64,000 bases of DNA, taken from NCBI GenBank assembly GCA_030018495.1, contig JASEFS010000018.1, positions 7,591 to 71,590 of the forward strand, in the 5' to 3' direction. The DNA is from Deltaproteobacteria bacterium (GTDB lineage: Bacteria > Desulfobacterota > Desulfobaccia > Desulfobaccales > 0-14-0-80-60-11). The notes under the pieces were generated by a model. That model was not told the origin of the DNA. It made no database searches and saw only the letters and a list, made by a program, of their open reading frames with translations. This document shows, piece after piece, positions 38,109 to 48,635 of the stretch (within the stretch, counting starts at the first letter, position 1; each line of letters starts with the position of its first letter). Made by a program: the position numbers and the translations under genes.

Positions 38109-38115
38109 AAAATGG

Positions 38116-39198
38116 TTAATGAAGGAGCTTTAAACACCCCTCCACAATCTCCCGGGCTGCGTGGGGCTTGGCCAAACTCCGGGCGGCGGCCTCCATGCGG
38201 GCCAGGGCCTCGGGGTCTGCCATTAACTGCCGTATCTTACCAGCCAAAAGCTCACCTGTAAAATTTTTATTCAGAATTACCTCGGCGGCCCCGGAAGCCT
38301 CGAAGAAGCGGGCATTATGCTCCTGGTGGTTGTTGGCTGCGAAAGGGTAGGGGACCAGGAGCGCGGCCCGACCCACTGCGGCCAGTTCGGCCAGCGACGA
38401 AGCCCCGGCCCGGCAGACCAGCAAATGGGCTTGAGCCAGCCAGCGGGCCACTTCCGGAGTAAAAGCCGCCACCTGCGCAGCAAAGCCGGCCTCCCGGTAG
38501 CCGCTTGCCACTGCTTCATAATCGGCTTCCCCGGTGAGGTGGAGGAAGCGGAGGTTTTCTTTGACCTCAGCGAGCCGCGGCAAGGACGCCAATGTTTCGA
38601 AATTCAAATGGCGGGCCCCCTGGCTGCCGCCCATCAGCATCACTGAAAACGGATTGTCGGGACGGTTTGCCGCAGCTTCGAAAAATTCCCCCCGGATAGG
38701 GTTGCCGGTCCAGAGAGTTTTGGCCTCCGGAAAGTTGCCGGCGGTATCGGGAAACGACAGAAACACCCTGGAAGCGAAGCGGGAGAGCCAGCGATTGGTA
38801 GTGCCCGGAATCGCGTTCTGCTCATGAATTGCCAAAGGAATCCCCAGGGAGCAGGCCGCCAGGCCCACCGGCCCGGCGGCGTAGCCTCCCATGCCCAGGA
38901 CCAGATGGGGCTTTAGGGTTTTGAGGCGCGCCCGCGCCTCAAGAACGTATCCCGGCAAACTGAAAACAGTGCGCAGCCGGCTGAACAGTCCTTCGCCCTT
39001 CAAGGCGCGGCTGGCGATGGGCTCCCATTTAAGCTGATAGCGCTCCAGGATTTGTCCGGTAACCGGTTTGGGGGTAGTGAGAAAAGTCACCCGGATTCCC
39101 GGACGGGACAGAAATTCTTGGGCTACGGCAATGCCGGGGAAGAGGTGGCCGCCGGTGCCGCCGGCGACGATGACGATATGCAATTCCATGGCAAACAC
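38116..39198 (-). CDS. murG: undecaprenyldiphospho-muramoylpentapeptide beta-N-acetylglucosaminyltransferase
   Basis: VAGGTGGHLFPGIAVA motif; synteny. Start is either GTG at 39198 or ATG at 39189. Confidence 0.95.
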   Translation of the reverse strand: MFAMELHIVIVAGGTGGHLFPGIAVAQEFLSRPGIRVTFLTTPKPVTGQILERYQLKWEPIASRALKGEGLFSRLRTVFSLPGYVLEARARLKTLKPHLVLGMGGYAAGPVGLAACSLGIPLAIHEQNAIPGTTNRWLSRFASRVFLSFPDTAGNFPEAKTLWTGNPIRGEFFEAAANRPDNPFSVMLMGGSQGARHLNFETLASLPRLAEVKENLRFLHLTGEADYEAVASGYREAGFAAQVAAFTPEVARWLAQAHLLVCRAGASSLAELAAVGRAALLVPYPFAANNHQEHNARFFEASGAAEVILNKNFTGELLAGKIRQLMADPEALARMEAAARSLAKPHAAREIVEGCLKLLH

Positions 39199-39310
39199 CG
39201 CAAACGCTCTTCACTTCGCCGAGGCAAAGCGGTTGAAGGGGAGAGCAGACGCAAAAGATCTTATGAAGAAAAAAACAATGGCAAAATCGTCAACGCGCCG
39301 GAAAGGATGC

Positions 39311-39622
39311 TTATCTTTTGCTCGCAGTTCTCAACGATGCGAAGGGACTCTCCCCCATTCGGGTCCTGTCGCCTAATCGGCAAAATTCATCCGCCTCCTC
39401 GTCTTCATCTTCCTCAGCGTCAGCCGTCAGGCGCTCGGCGAGAAGGCCGCAAAAGTAAGCGACTTCCCGCGATTTATAACGGTCATAAAAGCACAACAAA
39501 CCGTTGTCTTTCAGACACTCATTTTCAAGAAAACTGTACCAATGTTCCCGGCTTTCCCCCCTCAATCCCGAGAAACAAAAGGCGGTGGGTTTTGCCATCC
39601 ATGGTTGGCCATTGTCTATCAT
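39311..39622 (-). CDS. hypothetical Cys-containing acidic protein (103 aa) inserted between ftsW and murG
   Basis: GGGGGAGG SD 8 nt upstream of the ATG. Five Cys and a DAEEDEDEEADE tract. No family recognised. Confidence 0.5.
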   Translation of the reverse strand: MIDNGQPWMAKPTAFCFSGLRGESREHWYSFLENECLKDNGLLCFYDRYKSREVAYFCGLLAERLTADAEEDEDEEADEFCRLGDRTRMGESPFASLRTASKR

Positions 39623-39757
39623 GATCAGAACCTCCCCCGAATCTGATCCGTCTCATCTCAAATCCCCGGAAGCCAACGGAATTAACCCCGTTTTTTGCAA
39701 TCCCTGTTCGCCCGCCCGTTCGAAGGGTCTTATGTTCCCGCGCTGCACCTCTTGAAT

Positions 39758-40918
39758 TTATTTGGCTGCGGCTATTCCCGGCCGTTGGACCGGGGCAATT
39801 TTGGGCCGTTTTATCTGGCTGCTGATATTCAACAGAATTCCCACCGCGGCCAGGGTGGCCATCAAGGAAGAGCCGCCGTAGCTCAAGAAGGGCAAGGACA
39901 GGCCCTTGGTGGGAAACAGGCCGGTGACCACTCCCATGTTAATGCCGGCCTGCAAGCTGATAAGCAGGGTCAGGCCCAAAGCCAGATAGGAGCCGAAAGC
40001 GTCCGGCGCCCGCAAGCTCAACAAAATGCCGCGATAGACCAGAATAATGAACAGCGCCAGGATCAGCAGGACGCCTATGAACCCCAATTCTTCGCTGAAA
40101 ATGGCCAGAATGAAATCGGTGTGCGCGTCCGGCAGGTAAAAGAGCTTGGCCCGGCTTTGGCCCGGACCCAGCCCGAACAATCCCCCCGAACCGATGGCCA
40201 GCAGTGATTGCTTCAGTTGGTAGCCCACGTCCTGGCCGTACTTCCAAGGATCCAGAAAGGAGAGGATGCGGTTAAACTTTTTTGGATCTCTAAGGACCAT
40301 CATGGTGGCCAAGCCGGCGACGCTGAAAAAAGCCCCCATAATATATGCCAGGCGCACGCCGCCCACCAGCAGCATGACAAACACCAGGGCCGCCAGAGTC
40401 ATGGCGGTGCCGAAGTCCGGCTCCTTGGCGATCAGGGCGATGAATATCCCGGTCACGACCATGTGAGGCATAAAGCCGATGGAGAAATATTTCATCTTGT
40501 CCTGTTTGCGCGCCAGGGAGTAAGCCATGAAAAGCACTACGGCAAGTTTGGCAAATTCCGAAGGCTGGAGAGTAATCGGCCCCAGTCTGAGCCAGCGAGC
40601 CGCGCCCCGCACTTTAGTGCCGATGCCCGGGACGAATACCAGGAGCAAGGTGACGAGCGACAAGAACAGGACCGGGTACACTATGGCCTGGTAGCGCCGG
40701 TAGTCAATGAGCCGCGTGGCGAACATGGCCGCCAGGCCTGCCAGGGCATATAAGGCTTGGCGCTTGGTAAAGAAATAGGGATCGTGGTATTGGGACTGCG
40801 CCATCACGTGGCTGGAGATAAAGACCATGGTCAGGCCCAGGGACATCAGGGCCAGAGCGCTCACCAGGAGAACATTGTCCTGGAAGGAAGCCGCATCCGG
40901 ATCACTACGCGGCGGCAT
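39758..40918 (-). CDS. ftsW: lipid II flippase / SEDS glycosyltransferase FtsW
   Basis: FtsW/RodA/SpoVE family features (10 TM helices, SLQPSEFAKL-like, LPDAHTDFI, GGSS). Confidence 0.9.
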   Translation of the reverse strand: MPPRSDPDAASFQDNVLLVSALALMSLGLTMVFISSHVMAQSQYHDPYFFTKRQALYALAGLAAMFATRLIDYRRYQAIVYPVLFLSLVTLLLVFVPGIGTKVRGAARWLRLGPITLQPSEFAKLAVVLFMAYSLARKQDKMKYFSIGFMPHMVVTGIFIALIAKEPDFGTAMTLAALVFVMLLVGGVRLAYIMGAFFSVAGLATMMVLRDPKKFNRILSFLDPWKYGQDVGYQLKQSLLAIGSGGLFGLGPGQSRAKLFYLPDAHTDFILAIFSEELGFIGVLLILALFIILVYRGILLSLRAPDAFGSYLALGLTLLISLQAGINMGVVTGLFPTKGLSLPFLSYGGSSLMATLAAVGILLNISSQIKRPKIAPVQRPGIAAAK

Positions 40919-42263
40919 GGCGCACCTCCCGCACCAGTCTTTGAAAGGTTTCGCCCCGGTGGGCGTAATCCCGGAACATGTCGAAGCTGGCGCAGGCCGG
41001 GGACAACAGGACCACGTCTCCCGGACAGGCCAGTTTCCAGGCCCGGGCCACCGCGTCCGGGAAATCGGCCGCCAGATAAATGGGGGCCAGGCCGTCCCAG
41101 ACCCGGGCCAGGTGTTTCCTGGTTTCCCCCACCAGGACCAGAGCTTTGACTTTTTCCCGGATCAATGGAGATAGAAGGGAAAAGTCGCTGTCTTTGTCCC
41201 GGCCGCCGGCAATGAGAATTACCGGCTGGTTGAAAAAAGACAGGGATCGGGCCACCGCACCCACGTTGGTGCCCTTGGAGTCATCGTAAAAATCCACCCC
41301 GTTGATGCGGGTCACCCATTCCAGGCGATGGGGCGGCAGCTGAAAACGCGCCAGCACTTCCCGGCAGGCCTCAGGAAAAGCCCCGGCGTTTAAGGCCAGG
41401 AGCAGGGCGGCCATGACGTTTTCCAGGTTGTGGTTACCCGGCATAAAGATGTGATGCAAGGGGAAATGCTCTTCCTGTCCGGAGTCGAGTCTTACCCGGA
41501 TATCGCCGTTTTCCAGCCAGGCGCCCAGAGAAAGCTTCTCCCGGCTGGAAAACCGGTACACCCGCTGGGGCCCGTGGTTCAGATTCCGCACCAGGGGATC
41601 ATCATTATTGAGAACTTTCAGATCCTCAGCGGTCTGGCCTTGGAACACCGCGGCCTTGGAGGCCGCATAGGCTTCATAATCGGCATAACGGTCCAGATGA
41701 TCGGGGGTGATGTTGAGCAGGGCCGCGGCCCAGGCGTGGAAATGGGGCGCGGTGTCCAACTGAAAACTGCTCACCTCCAGGACCAGAAAATCGGCTTCGT
41801 GCTGCCGGGACAGCAAGGAAACCAGGGGCGTGCCGATGTTGCCCCCCACCAGGGGCCGCAGGCCGCTGCCTTCCAGGAGTTTCCCCACCAGCATGGTGGT
41901 GGTGGTCTTGCCGTTGGTGCCGGTCACCGCGATGGTGGGAATTGAGATGAAATGACTGGCCAGCTCCAATTCCCCCCAAATCGGCACGCCGGCTTGGCGG
42001 GCCTCCGCCAGCCAGGGCGCCTCAGGGGGCACGCCGGGGCTCAACAGGATGAGATCGTACTCCGCCGGGTTTGACGGCTGCGGCACCCCCAATTCTTCGT
42101 TGATGCCGAAACCCTGTATATCCCAGCGCGGTTCAGTCAGTTCAGCCGCGGGGGCCTGATCCGTGACCGTAACCAGGGCTCCCTTGACAGCCAAGAACCG
42201 GGCCATGGCCACGCCCGTGCGGGCCAGGCCGACTACCAGCGTTTTTTTTCCTTTAAGGTCCAT
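40905..42263 (-). CDS. murD: UDP-N-acetylmuramoylalanine--D-glutamate ligase
   Basis: VVGLARTGVA, TGTNGKTTTT. Confidence 0.95.
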   Translation of the reverse strand: MDLKGKKTLVVGLARTGVAMARFLAVKGALVTVTDQAPAAELTEPRWDIQGFGINEELGVPQPSNPAEYDLILLSPGVPPEAPWLAEARQAGVPIWGELELASHFISIPTIAVTGTNGKTTTTMLVGKLLEGSGLRPLVGGNIGTPLVSLLSRQHEADFLVLEVSSFQLDTAPHFHAWAAALLNITPDHLDRYADYEAYAASKAAVFQGQTAEDLKVLNNDDPLVRNLNHGPQRVYRFSSREKLSLGAWLENGDIRVRLDSGQEEHFPLHHIFMPGNHNLENVMAALLLALNAGAFPEACREVLARFQLPPHRLEWVTRINGVDFYDDSKGTNVGAVARSLSFFNQPVILIAGGRDKDSDFSLLSPLIREKVKALVLVGETRKHLARVWDGLAPIYLAADFPDAVARAWKLACPGDVVLLSPACASFDMFRDYAHRGETFQRLVREVRHAAA

Positions 42264-42269
42264 ATCGCT

Positions 42270-43349
42270 TTACCGCAGTTTCAAAGCGCTCAGGGACAAC
42301 AGTCCCAACACGATGGCAATAATCCAGAAGCGCACGATGACCTTGGGTTCAGGCCAGCCCTTCAGTTCGAAATGGTGATGAATTGGGGCCATGCGAAAGA
42401 TGCGCCTGCCGTTGGTCATCTTGAAAAAACTCACCTGCATGATGACGGACAGGGCCTCGACCACAAAGAGGCCGCCTACCAGGATCAGGAGAATTTCCTG
42501 TTTGGTGGCGATGGCCACGCTCCCCAAAACGCCCCCCAGGGCCAGGGCGCCCACGTCGCCCATAAAGACCTGCGCCGGATAGGCATTAAACCAGAGAAAG
42601 CCGATGCCGGCCCCTACCAGGGCGCCCAGGAAAACGGAGAGCTCACCCGCGCCCCGGACAAAAGGAATCTGAAGATAAGCGGCAATGCGGGCGTTGCCCG
42701 CCAGGTAGGCAAAGATCAAGTAAAATGCCGCGGCAATGGTCATGGGGCCGATGGCCAAACCGTCCAGACCGTCGGTCAGGTTCACGGCATTGGCCGCACC
42801 GACTATGATAAAAACCGCGAGCGGGATAAAGCCCCAGGACAGGTCCGGCTGCATTTCCTTAAAGAACGGGATGGTCAGGGTGGTGTCAAAGCCGGGATAA
42901 AAATAAAACCAAAATGCCATGATAGAGGCTATGCCTGTCTGCCACAGCAGTTTGGCCCGCCCTGAGAGACCCCGGTTCTGCTTTTTGACCACCTTTAAAT
43001 AATCATCCAAAAAGCCGATAAAGCCGAAGCCCAGGGTTACAAAAATCATCATCCAGACATAGGAGTTGCTGAGATCGGCCCAGAGCAGCGTGGCGGACAA
43101 CATGGCGAAAAGAATCATCAGGCCGCCCATGGTAGGGGTGCCCGCTTTGGAAAGGTGCGATTGGGGGCCGTCCTCCCGAATATACTGGCCGATTTGCAGT
43201 TGCTTAAGCTTCTTGATGCACCAGGGGCCGATAATGAGGGAGATCATCAGCGCGGTGAGAATCGCGAAAATCGATCGGAAGGTTATGTAGCGGAAGACGT
43301 TGAACCCTCCGAAAATCGATTTTAAAGGATATAAGAGATGAAAGAGCAC
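42270..43349 (-). CDS. mraY: phospho-N-acetylmuramoyl-pentapeptide transferase
   Basis: [24 protein letters not shown] motifs. Confidence 0.95.
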   Translation of the reverse strand: MLFHLLYPLKSIFGGFNVFRYITFRSIFAILTALMISLIIGPWCIKKLKQLQIGQYIREDGPQSHLSKAGTPTMGGLMILFAMLSATLLWADLSNSYVWMMIFVTLGFGFIGFLDDYLKVVKKQNRGLSGRAKLLWQTGIASIMAFWFYFYPGFDTTLTIPFFKEMQPDLSWGFIPLAVFIIVGAANAVNLTDGLDGLAIGPMTIAAAFYLIFAYLAGNARIAAYLQIPFVRGAGELSVFLGALVGAGIGFLWFNAYPAQVFMGDVGALALGGVLGSVAIATKQEILLILVGGLFVVEALSVIMQVSFFKMTNGRRIFRMAPIHHHFELKGWPEPKVIVRFWIIAIVLGLLSLSALKLR

Positions 43350-43449
43350 TTGGCGGCTTCCCCATTCAATGCATCAACTGTTTAAACTTGCCGAAAATGT
43401 TGTCCTCGGCTTTGGTTCTGGTGACTTTCAACCGGCGACCGCCGACGAA

Positions 43450-44883
43450 CTATCCCCCCAGGGCCTCGACAATGCATTCCATGTGCATGCTGCGGGAGCC
43501 TTTGACCAGGAGCCAGTCGCCGGGCCGCAAAAAGTCCTTTAAAACCCTTACGCCTTCCTCTCGATCCTGGACCGGGATGACACGGTTTTTGGACAGGCCG
43601 CCTTCTGCGGCTCCGGCGGCCACGTGCTCCTTGAAATTGCCGTAGGCCACCAGGAGATCGAGATCCAGGGCAGCCGCAAGTTTGCCTAATTCACGATGCT
43701 GGGCGACGGCATGCGCGCCCAATTCCAACATGTCCCCCAAGGCCGCGGCAGCCCGGCCGCCGTCTTTGAGTTCCTTCAAGGTCCTCAGGGCCATGGCCAT
43801 GGAGCCGGGGTTGGCGTTGTAACAGTCGTTCATCAGGTGGACCCCGGAGGGCAGAGTCACGATTTGGGAACGCCGCTGAACAGGCTGAAATTCAGCCAGG
43901 GCCTGCGCGGTTTCCTCCGGCGCCACCCCTAACAGCAGCCCCACCGCGGTAGCCGCCAAGGCGTTCAGGAGCTGGTGCAGGCCCGGAGCCTTGAGCTTGA
44001 GAGGCCAGCTTTTTTCCTGCCAGGTCAAAAGCGCGGTCTGGCCGCCCCGCCCCAAAGACTGCCGGCTGCGGGCCCGTAGCGCCGCCCCGGAGCCCAAGCC
44101 GAAGCTCAGAGTGCGGCCGGGGAAAAAGCCCGCCCGGCAAGCCACGCGGGGGTCATCCGCATTATACACCAACACGGACGTGGAAGGCAGGCCGGCGATA
44201 AGCTCCCCCTTGGCGCAGGCCACGCCTTCCACGCATCCCACCCCCTCGGTATGAGCCGGATAAACATTCAACAGCACCCCCACCGCGGGCTGCGATATTG
44301 CCGTCAGGCGCTGGATCTCCCCGAACCGGTTCATGCCCATCTCCACCACCGCGGCGGTGTAACCGGCGTCAAGCTTCAGCAAAGTCTGGGGCAGACCGAT
44401 CAGATTGTTCAAATTAAGCTCATTCTTGAGCACCCGGTAGGCCCCGGACAACACCCGGGCGGTCATCTCCTTGGCCGTGGTCTTACCGCAACTGCCGGTG
44501 AGGGCAACTACCGGAATGGAAAACCGGGAACGCCAGGCGCGGGCCAGATCACCCAAAGCCGCCAGGGTGTCAGGGACGGCGATGAGTGTTACCTCTTTGG
44601 GCGTGTGGGGGAGGGGGCCAGAGACCGGCGGCTGCGTTCCTCCGGTCCTTCCCTCAAAGAGCCATTTTTCCTCCACCACGACCCCCCGCACGCCGCGATC
44701 CAGAGCCTTGGGGACATACTCATGGCCGTCGTGGCGCTCGCCTTTCAGGGGGATGAAGAGGTCTCCGGCCTGGCAGGTGCGGGAGTCGGTGGACACGCCC
44801 GCAAAAGCCGCGTCCGCATGCCCCTGGACCAGGTTTCCCCGGGTGGCGCTCAGGATGTCGGCGGTGGTGAAAAATGGTGGCAT
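43450..44883 (-). CDS. murF: UDP-N-acetylmuramoyl-tripeptide--D-alanyl-D-alanine ligase
   Basis: TGSCGKTTAKEM motif. ATG at 44883 gives a typical N-terminus; the track start (TTG at 44925) would overlap murE. Confidence 0.9.
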   Translation of the reverse strand: MPPFFTTADILSATRGNLVQGHADAAFAGVSTDSRTCQAGDLFIPLKGERHDGHEYVPKALDRGVRGVVVEEKWLFEGRTGGTQPPVSGPLPHTPKEVTLIAVPDTLAALGDLARAWRSRFSIPVVALTGSCGKTTAKEMTARVLSGAYRVLKNELNLNNLIGLPQTLLKLDAGYTAAVVEMGMNRFGEIQRLTAISQPAVGVLLNVYPAHTEGVGCVEGVACAKGELIAGLPSTSVLVYNADDPRVACRAGFFPGRTLSFGLGSGAALRARSRQSLGRGGQTALLTWQEKSWPLKLKAPGLHQLLNALAATAVGLLLGVAPEETAQALAEFQPVQRRSQIVTLPSGVHLMNDCYNANPGSMAMALRTLKELKDGGRAAAALGDMLELGAHAVAQHRELGKLAAALDLDLLVAYGNFKEHVAAGAAEGGLSKNRVIPVQDREEGVRVLKDFLRPGDWLLVKGSRSMHMECIVEALGG

Positions 44884-44914
44884 CTTTGCTTCCAGCAGCC
44901 GGGCAAGGCGGTTG

Positions 44915-46501
44915 CTACCTTTCAATCAAGCCGGGATGTGCGCCCGCCTCGATATCTTCAGAATAACCAATTTTGCCGCGCAATGCCTCCTGCACTTCCT
45001 CCCGGTCGTCAAAATGGCGGCGCTCCTGGCCGACAATCTGATAGTCTTCGTGGCCTTTGCCGGCCACCAGCACACCGTCGTCAGTTTGGGCAAAGCGGAC
45101 GGCCAGACGGATGGCCTCCCGCCGCTCGGGCACCACGAGATAGCCTTTGTCGCCGCGTTTGGCGGCCGCCAGGCTCAACGGGGGAAAGCCCATATCCTGC
45201 AGGCCTGCTTCGATTTCGCCGATGATGGCCACCGGGTCTTCGCTGCGGGGGTTGTCGCTGGTGACGATGACCAGGTCGCTGCCTTCCGCCGCGGCCTGCC
45301 CCATCAGGGGCCGCTTGGTGCGGTCGCGGTCGCCGCCGCAGCCGAACACGGTGATGAGCCGGGCGAACTGCAAGCTCTTTAAGGCTGTGAGCACCGACAC
45401 CAGGGCGTCCGGGGTGTGGGCGTAATCCACGAACACGTGGGGGCCGCCGGCCGGGCCGAAGCGCTCCAGCCGTCCCGGCACGCCGGCCAGGGAGGCCACG
45501 CCGCGGGTGACGGCGTCGGGGGTTATGCCCAGCCCCAGGGCGGCCGCCACCGCGGCCAGGATATTGGACAGGTTATAGGGGCCCACCAGGCGGCAGGCAA
45601 TGGCCAATTCTCCCTGGGGAGTGGCGAGACGGGCCTCCAGGCCTTCCCGGTGAAAGCGGGCCGACAGAGGCCGCACCAAGCTTTCCGGGTGATTGCCGAA
45701 GGTCAGGGTCGGGACTTGCAGCCGCTGGCTGAGTTGCCGCCCCCGGGGGTCGTCCAGATTAATGACCGCCAAGCCTGCGGGTGAGCCGCCGTTGGACAGG
45801 ATTTCCAGGAACAAACGGGACTTGGCGGCAAAATAAAGGTCCAGGTTCTTGTGGTAGTCCAGATGGTCCTGCGAGAGGTTGGTGAAGATGCCCGCGGCAA
45901 AGGCCACCCGGTCCACTCTCTTTAAATCCAGGGCGTGGGACGAGACTTCCAAAAGCGCGTGGGTGGCCCCGTTGGCGACCATCTCCCGGAGAAAGCGGTT
46001 CAAGTCCAGGGATTCCGGCGTGGTCACCGGCGCGGGCCAGCAGCGGCCGCCCAGCCGGTAATTGACCGTGCCTAAAACCCCCACCCGGTGGCCGGCCGCG
46101 CTGAAAATGGCTTCCAAAAGATACGAGGTAGTAGTCTTGCCGTTGGTGCCGGTAATGCCTATGAGGGACAGCTCCCGGCTGGGATGGTCATAAAAGGCGC
46201 CGCTCAAGTGCGCCAGGGCCAGCCGCGCCTCCGGGACTTGTACCGCGGTCACGCCTGGAGGCGGCAGATAGTCGTGCTCGGAGACAATCACCCGGGCGCC
46301 TTGGGCCAGAGCAGAGGCGATAAACCGGCGGCCGTCGGTCTTATGGCCGGGAATGGCCACAAACAGGCCGCCGGGAGTGACGTCCTGGGAATGATAGGCC
46401 AGGGAGGAAATCAGGACGCGGTCATCTCCCGTCACCCGGCAGCCATGCAGGCCTTCCAGGAGATATTTCAAGGATTTGGGGGATGAGGGGTTGCTCTGCA
46501 C
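44915..46501 (-). CDS. murE: UDP-N-acetylmuramoyl-L-alanyl-D-glutamate--2,6-diaminopimelate ligase
   Basis: ITGTNGKTTTSYL and the DNPR motif (TSDNPRSEDP). Confidence 0.95.
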   Translation of the reverse strand: MQSNPSSPKSLKYLLEGLHGCRVTGDDRVLISSLAYHSQDVTPGGLFVAIPGHKTDGRRFIASALAQGARVIVSEHDYLPPPGVTAVQVPEARLALAHLSGAFYDHPSRELSLIGITGTNGKTTTSYLLEAIFSAAGHRVGVLGTVNYRLGGRCWPAPVTTPESLDLNRFLREMVANGATHALLEVSSHALDLKRVDRVAFAAGIFTNLSQDHLDYHKNLDLYFAAKSRLFLEILSNGGSPAGLAVINLDDPRGRQLSQRLQVPTLTFGNHPESLVRPLSARFHREGLEARLATPQGELAIACRLVGPYNLSNILAAVAAALGLGITPDAVTRGVASLAGVPGRLERFGPAGGPHVFVDYAHTPDALVSVLTALKSLQFARLITVFGCGGDRDRTKRPLMGQAAAEGSDLVIVTSDNPRSEDPVAIIGEIEAGLQDMGFPPLSLAAAKRGDKGYLVVPERREAIRLAVRFAQTDDGVLVAGKGHEDYQIVGQERRHFDDREEVQEALRGKIGYSEDIEAGAHPGLIER

Positions 46502-46607
46502 CTGGATTCCGCCGCCTGATGATAAAATTTTTGGAATTCTTTTTAATTTTATTAAATGCTATAAAAACGTCCCATTTTTGACAACCACCAAATCTAGTAA
46601 CCAGGGA

Positions 46608-48635
46608 TTACAGCCTGGATTGGAATTTTACTGAGCAGATATCGCCTGGGTTGATGGGAGTGCCCGGAGCCGGTTCCTGGGAGACGGCCAACCCGCTGCC
46701 CTCCAGGCGGCAGCGGATGCCGGCGCGGTGGAGCACATCCAGGACCTGGCGGATGGTCTTGCCCTGAAGGTCGGGCATGATCGTAAGCGGCCCTTCAGCG
46801 GCAGCAAGAGACGGCGTCTCCTTGATCTCGGGCTTGGATTGGGCATGGGCCGCGGCGGGCAGGAGACTGGCCAGCACCGGGACATTGGGGGTAGGGGGAT
46901 AATATCCCATCACGCGCAAAGCCTGGGCGGCAACTTCCTTGAAAATGGGAGCTGCCACCACCCCCCCGTAAATCGCCCCTTTAGGTTCATCCACAATGAC
47001 GCTGATAGCCAGAACGGGATTGTCAGCCGGCACCATGCCGATGAAGACGGCGTTGAATTTGCTGTGGGAATAGGCCCGCCCCACCAGTTTTTGAGCGGTC
47101 CCGGTCTTGCCCGCGGCGGTGAACCCCGGCGGCGCGGCTCCCACGGCGGTGCCTCCCTGCTGGGTCACCGTCTCCATAATGGCCAGCATCTGCCGGGCGG
47201 TTGACACGCTGAGGACCCGCCTCAGCGGGCGAGGTCTGAACTCCTCTACGGTTTCCCCTTTGGCGTTTTCAATCCGTTTTACCAGCCGGGGCTCCATGAG
47301 CACGCCTTCATTGCCCATGGCCGCCAACGCCATGGTCAATTGCAAGGGGGTGACCGAAACCCCCTGCCCAAAGGCGCAAGTGGCCCGATCCAGAGGTGAG
47401 CGGGCCAGGCGGAGATTTTTCAGGAGGCCGGCGTTCTCGCCGGGAAACTGGATGCCGGTGCGGCTGCCGAAGCCGAAGGCTTTGAGATAATCATGCAGAC
47501 GGGCCGAGCCGACCTTGTTGGCTAGTTTGGCGGCGCCGATATTGCTTGATTTCTGGATAATGCCCTGGACCGTGAGACTGCCGTAGGAATGCACGTCATG
47601 AATGACTTCCTTGGCGGTCAGGTGCCAGACGCCGTTCTCACAATGAAATTGGTCGGTGGGCCTCACGGCTTGCGCGTCCAAAGCCGCGGCGGCCACAAAA
47701 ATTTTAAAGGAGGAGCCGGGCTCCATGGCATGCGTGAGGAGGCGGTTGCGCCGGACTTCCTCCGGATAGAAGGCGAACCTGTTGGGGTCCATGGTGGGGA
47801 CCTGAGCCATAGCCAGGATTTCCCCGGTTTGCGGCCTGACCGCCATGACGAGTCCGCCGGCGGCTTTCCATTTTTCCACGCCGCGCATGAGCTCTTTTTC
47901 GGCAATATATTGAATGGTCCGGTCCAGGGTGAGCACCACGTTATGGCCCATGACCTCCGGGTCCCAGGCTTTCTCCTCGGTGACTACGCACCGGCCGCGG
48001 GCATCCACCATCATTTGGACTTTTTTGGGTTTCCCGTAAAGCTCATCCTCAAACTGAAATTCCAGCCCCTCCAATCCTTTCCCGTCGATGTTGCAAAATC
48101 CCAACACATGGCCGGCCAGAGCCTGCTGGGGATAATAACGCTTGGCCTCCGGCAGGAGATAAATCCAATCCTCATCGCGGCGGCCGTCGCCGTCGGCGGC
48201 TCGCGTCTGTTTGTCTTTGCTTTCCTGCCAGGTGCGGAAGGCTTCCTCTTTTTCCGGAGTCAGGTGGCGCTTCACCCAGACAAAAGTCTCTCCCGAACCC
48301 AACAGAGACTTCAGTTCGCCGGGGTTAATCCCCAGAATCGGGGCCAACTCCTGGCTCAAGCGGGCTGGATCGGTGATTTTCCTGGGGTGGGCCACCACTG
48401 AGTATACCCGGGTGCTGATGGCCAACTCGGTGCCCCGGCGGTCCAGGATGTGACCGCGCACCGGCAGGACGGGACAGAGTTTTTGGACTTCCCGGTTGGC
48501 CTGCTCCCTGAGCTCGGGGCCCAGGATCACCTGTAACTGAAAGAACCTGCCGCCCACCATCAGGAGGAGCAGGCCCAAACCCAGGCCCACCAGGATTATC
48601 CGCAGCCGCACCCACTTGTTGATGATGTAGCTCAT
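46608..48635 (-). CDS. ftsI: peptidoglycan D,D-transpeptidase FtsI (class B PBP)
   Basis: TM anchor, SSFK (SxxK), SSN and KTGT motifs. ATG at 48635 overlaps the ftsL stop (ATGA); the 5' extension in the track overlaps ftsL. Confidence 0.9.
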   Translation of the reverse strand: MSYIINKWVRLRIILVGLGLGLLLLMVGGRFFQLQVILGPELREQANREVQKLCPVLPVRGHILDRRGTELAISTRVYSVVAHPRKITDPARLSQELAPILGINPGELKSLLGSGETFVWVKRHLTPEKEEAFRTWQESKDKQTRAADGDGRRDEDWIYLLPEAKRYYPQQALAGHVLGFCNIDGKGLEGLEFQFEDELYGKPKKVQMMVDARGRCVVTEEKAWDPEVMGHNVVLTLDRTIQYIAEKELMRGVEKWKAAGGLVMAVRPQTGEILAMAQVPTMDPNRFAFYPEEVRRNRLLTHAMEPGSSFKIFVAAAALDAQAVRPTDQFHCENGVWHLTAKEVIHDVHSYGSLTVQGIIQKSSNIGAAKLANKVGSARLHDYLKAFGFGSRTGIQFPGENAGLLKNLRLARSPLDRATCAFGQGVSVTPLQLTMALAAMGNEGVLMEPRLVKRIENAKGETVEEFRPRPLRRVLSVSTARQMLAIMETVTQQGGTAVGAAPPGFTAAGKTGTAQKLVGRAYSHSKFNAVFIGMVPADNPVLAISVIVDEPKGAIYGGVVAAPIFKEVAAQALRVMGYYPPTPNVPVLASLLPAAAHAQSKPEIKETPSLAAAEGPLTIMPDLQGKTIRQVLDVLHRAGIRCRLEGSGLAVSQEPAPGTPINPGDICSVKFQSRL

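Noticed and set aside
44251-45382. Plus-strand ORFs of 324 and 303 aa
   Set aside because: They are antisense to murF and murE, Arg/Gly/Pro-rich, with no motifs.
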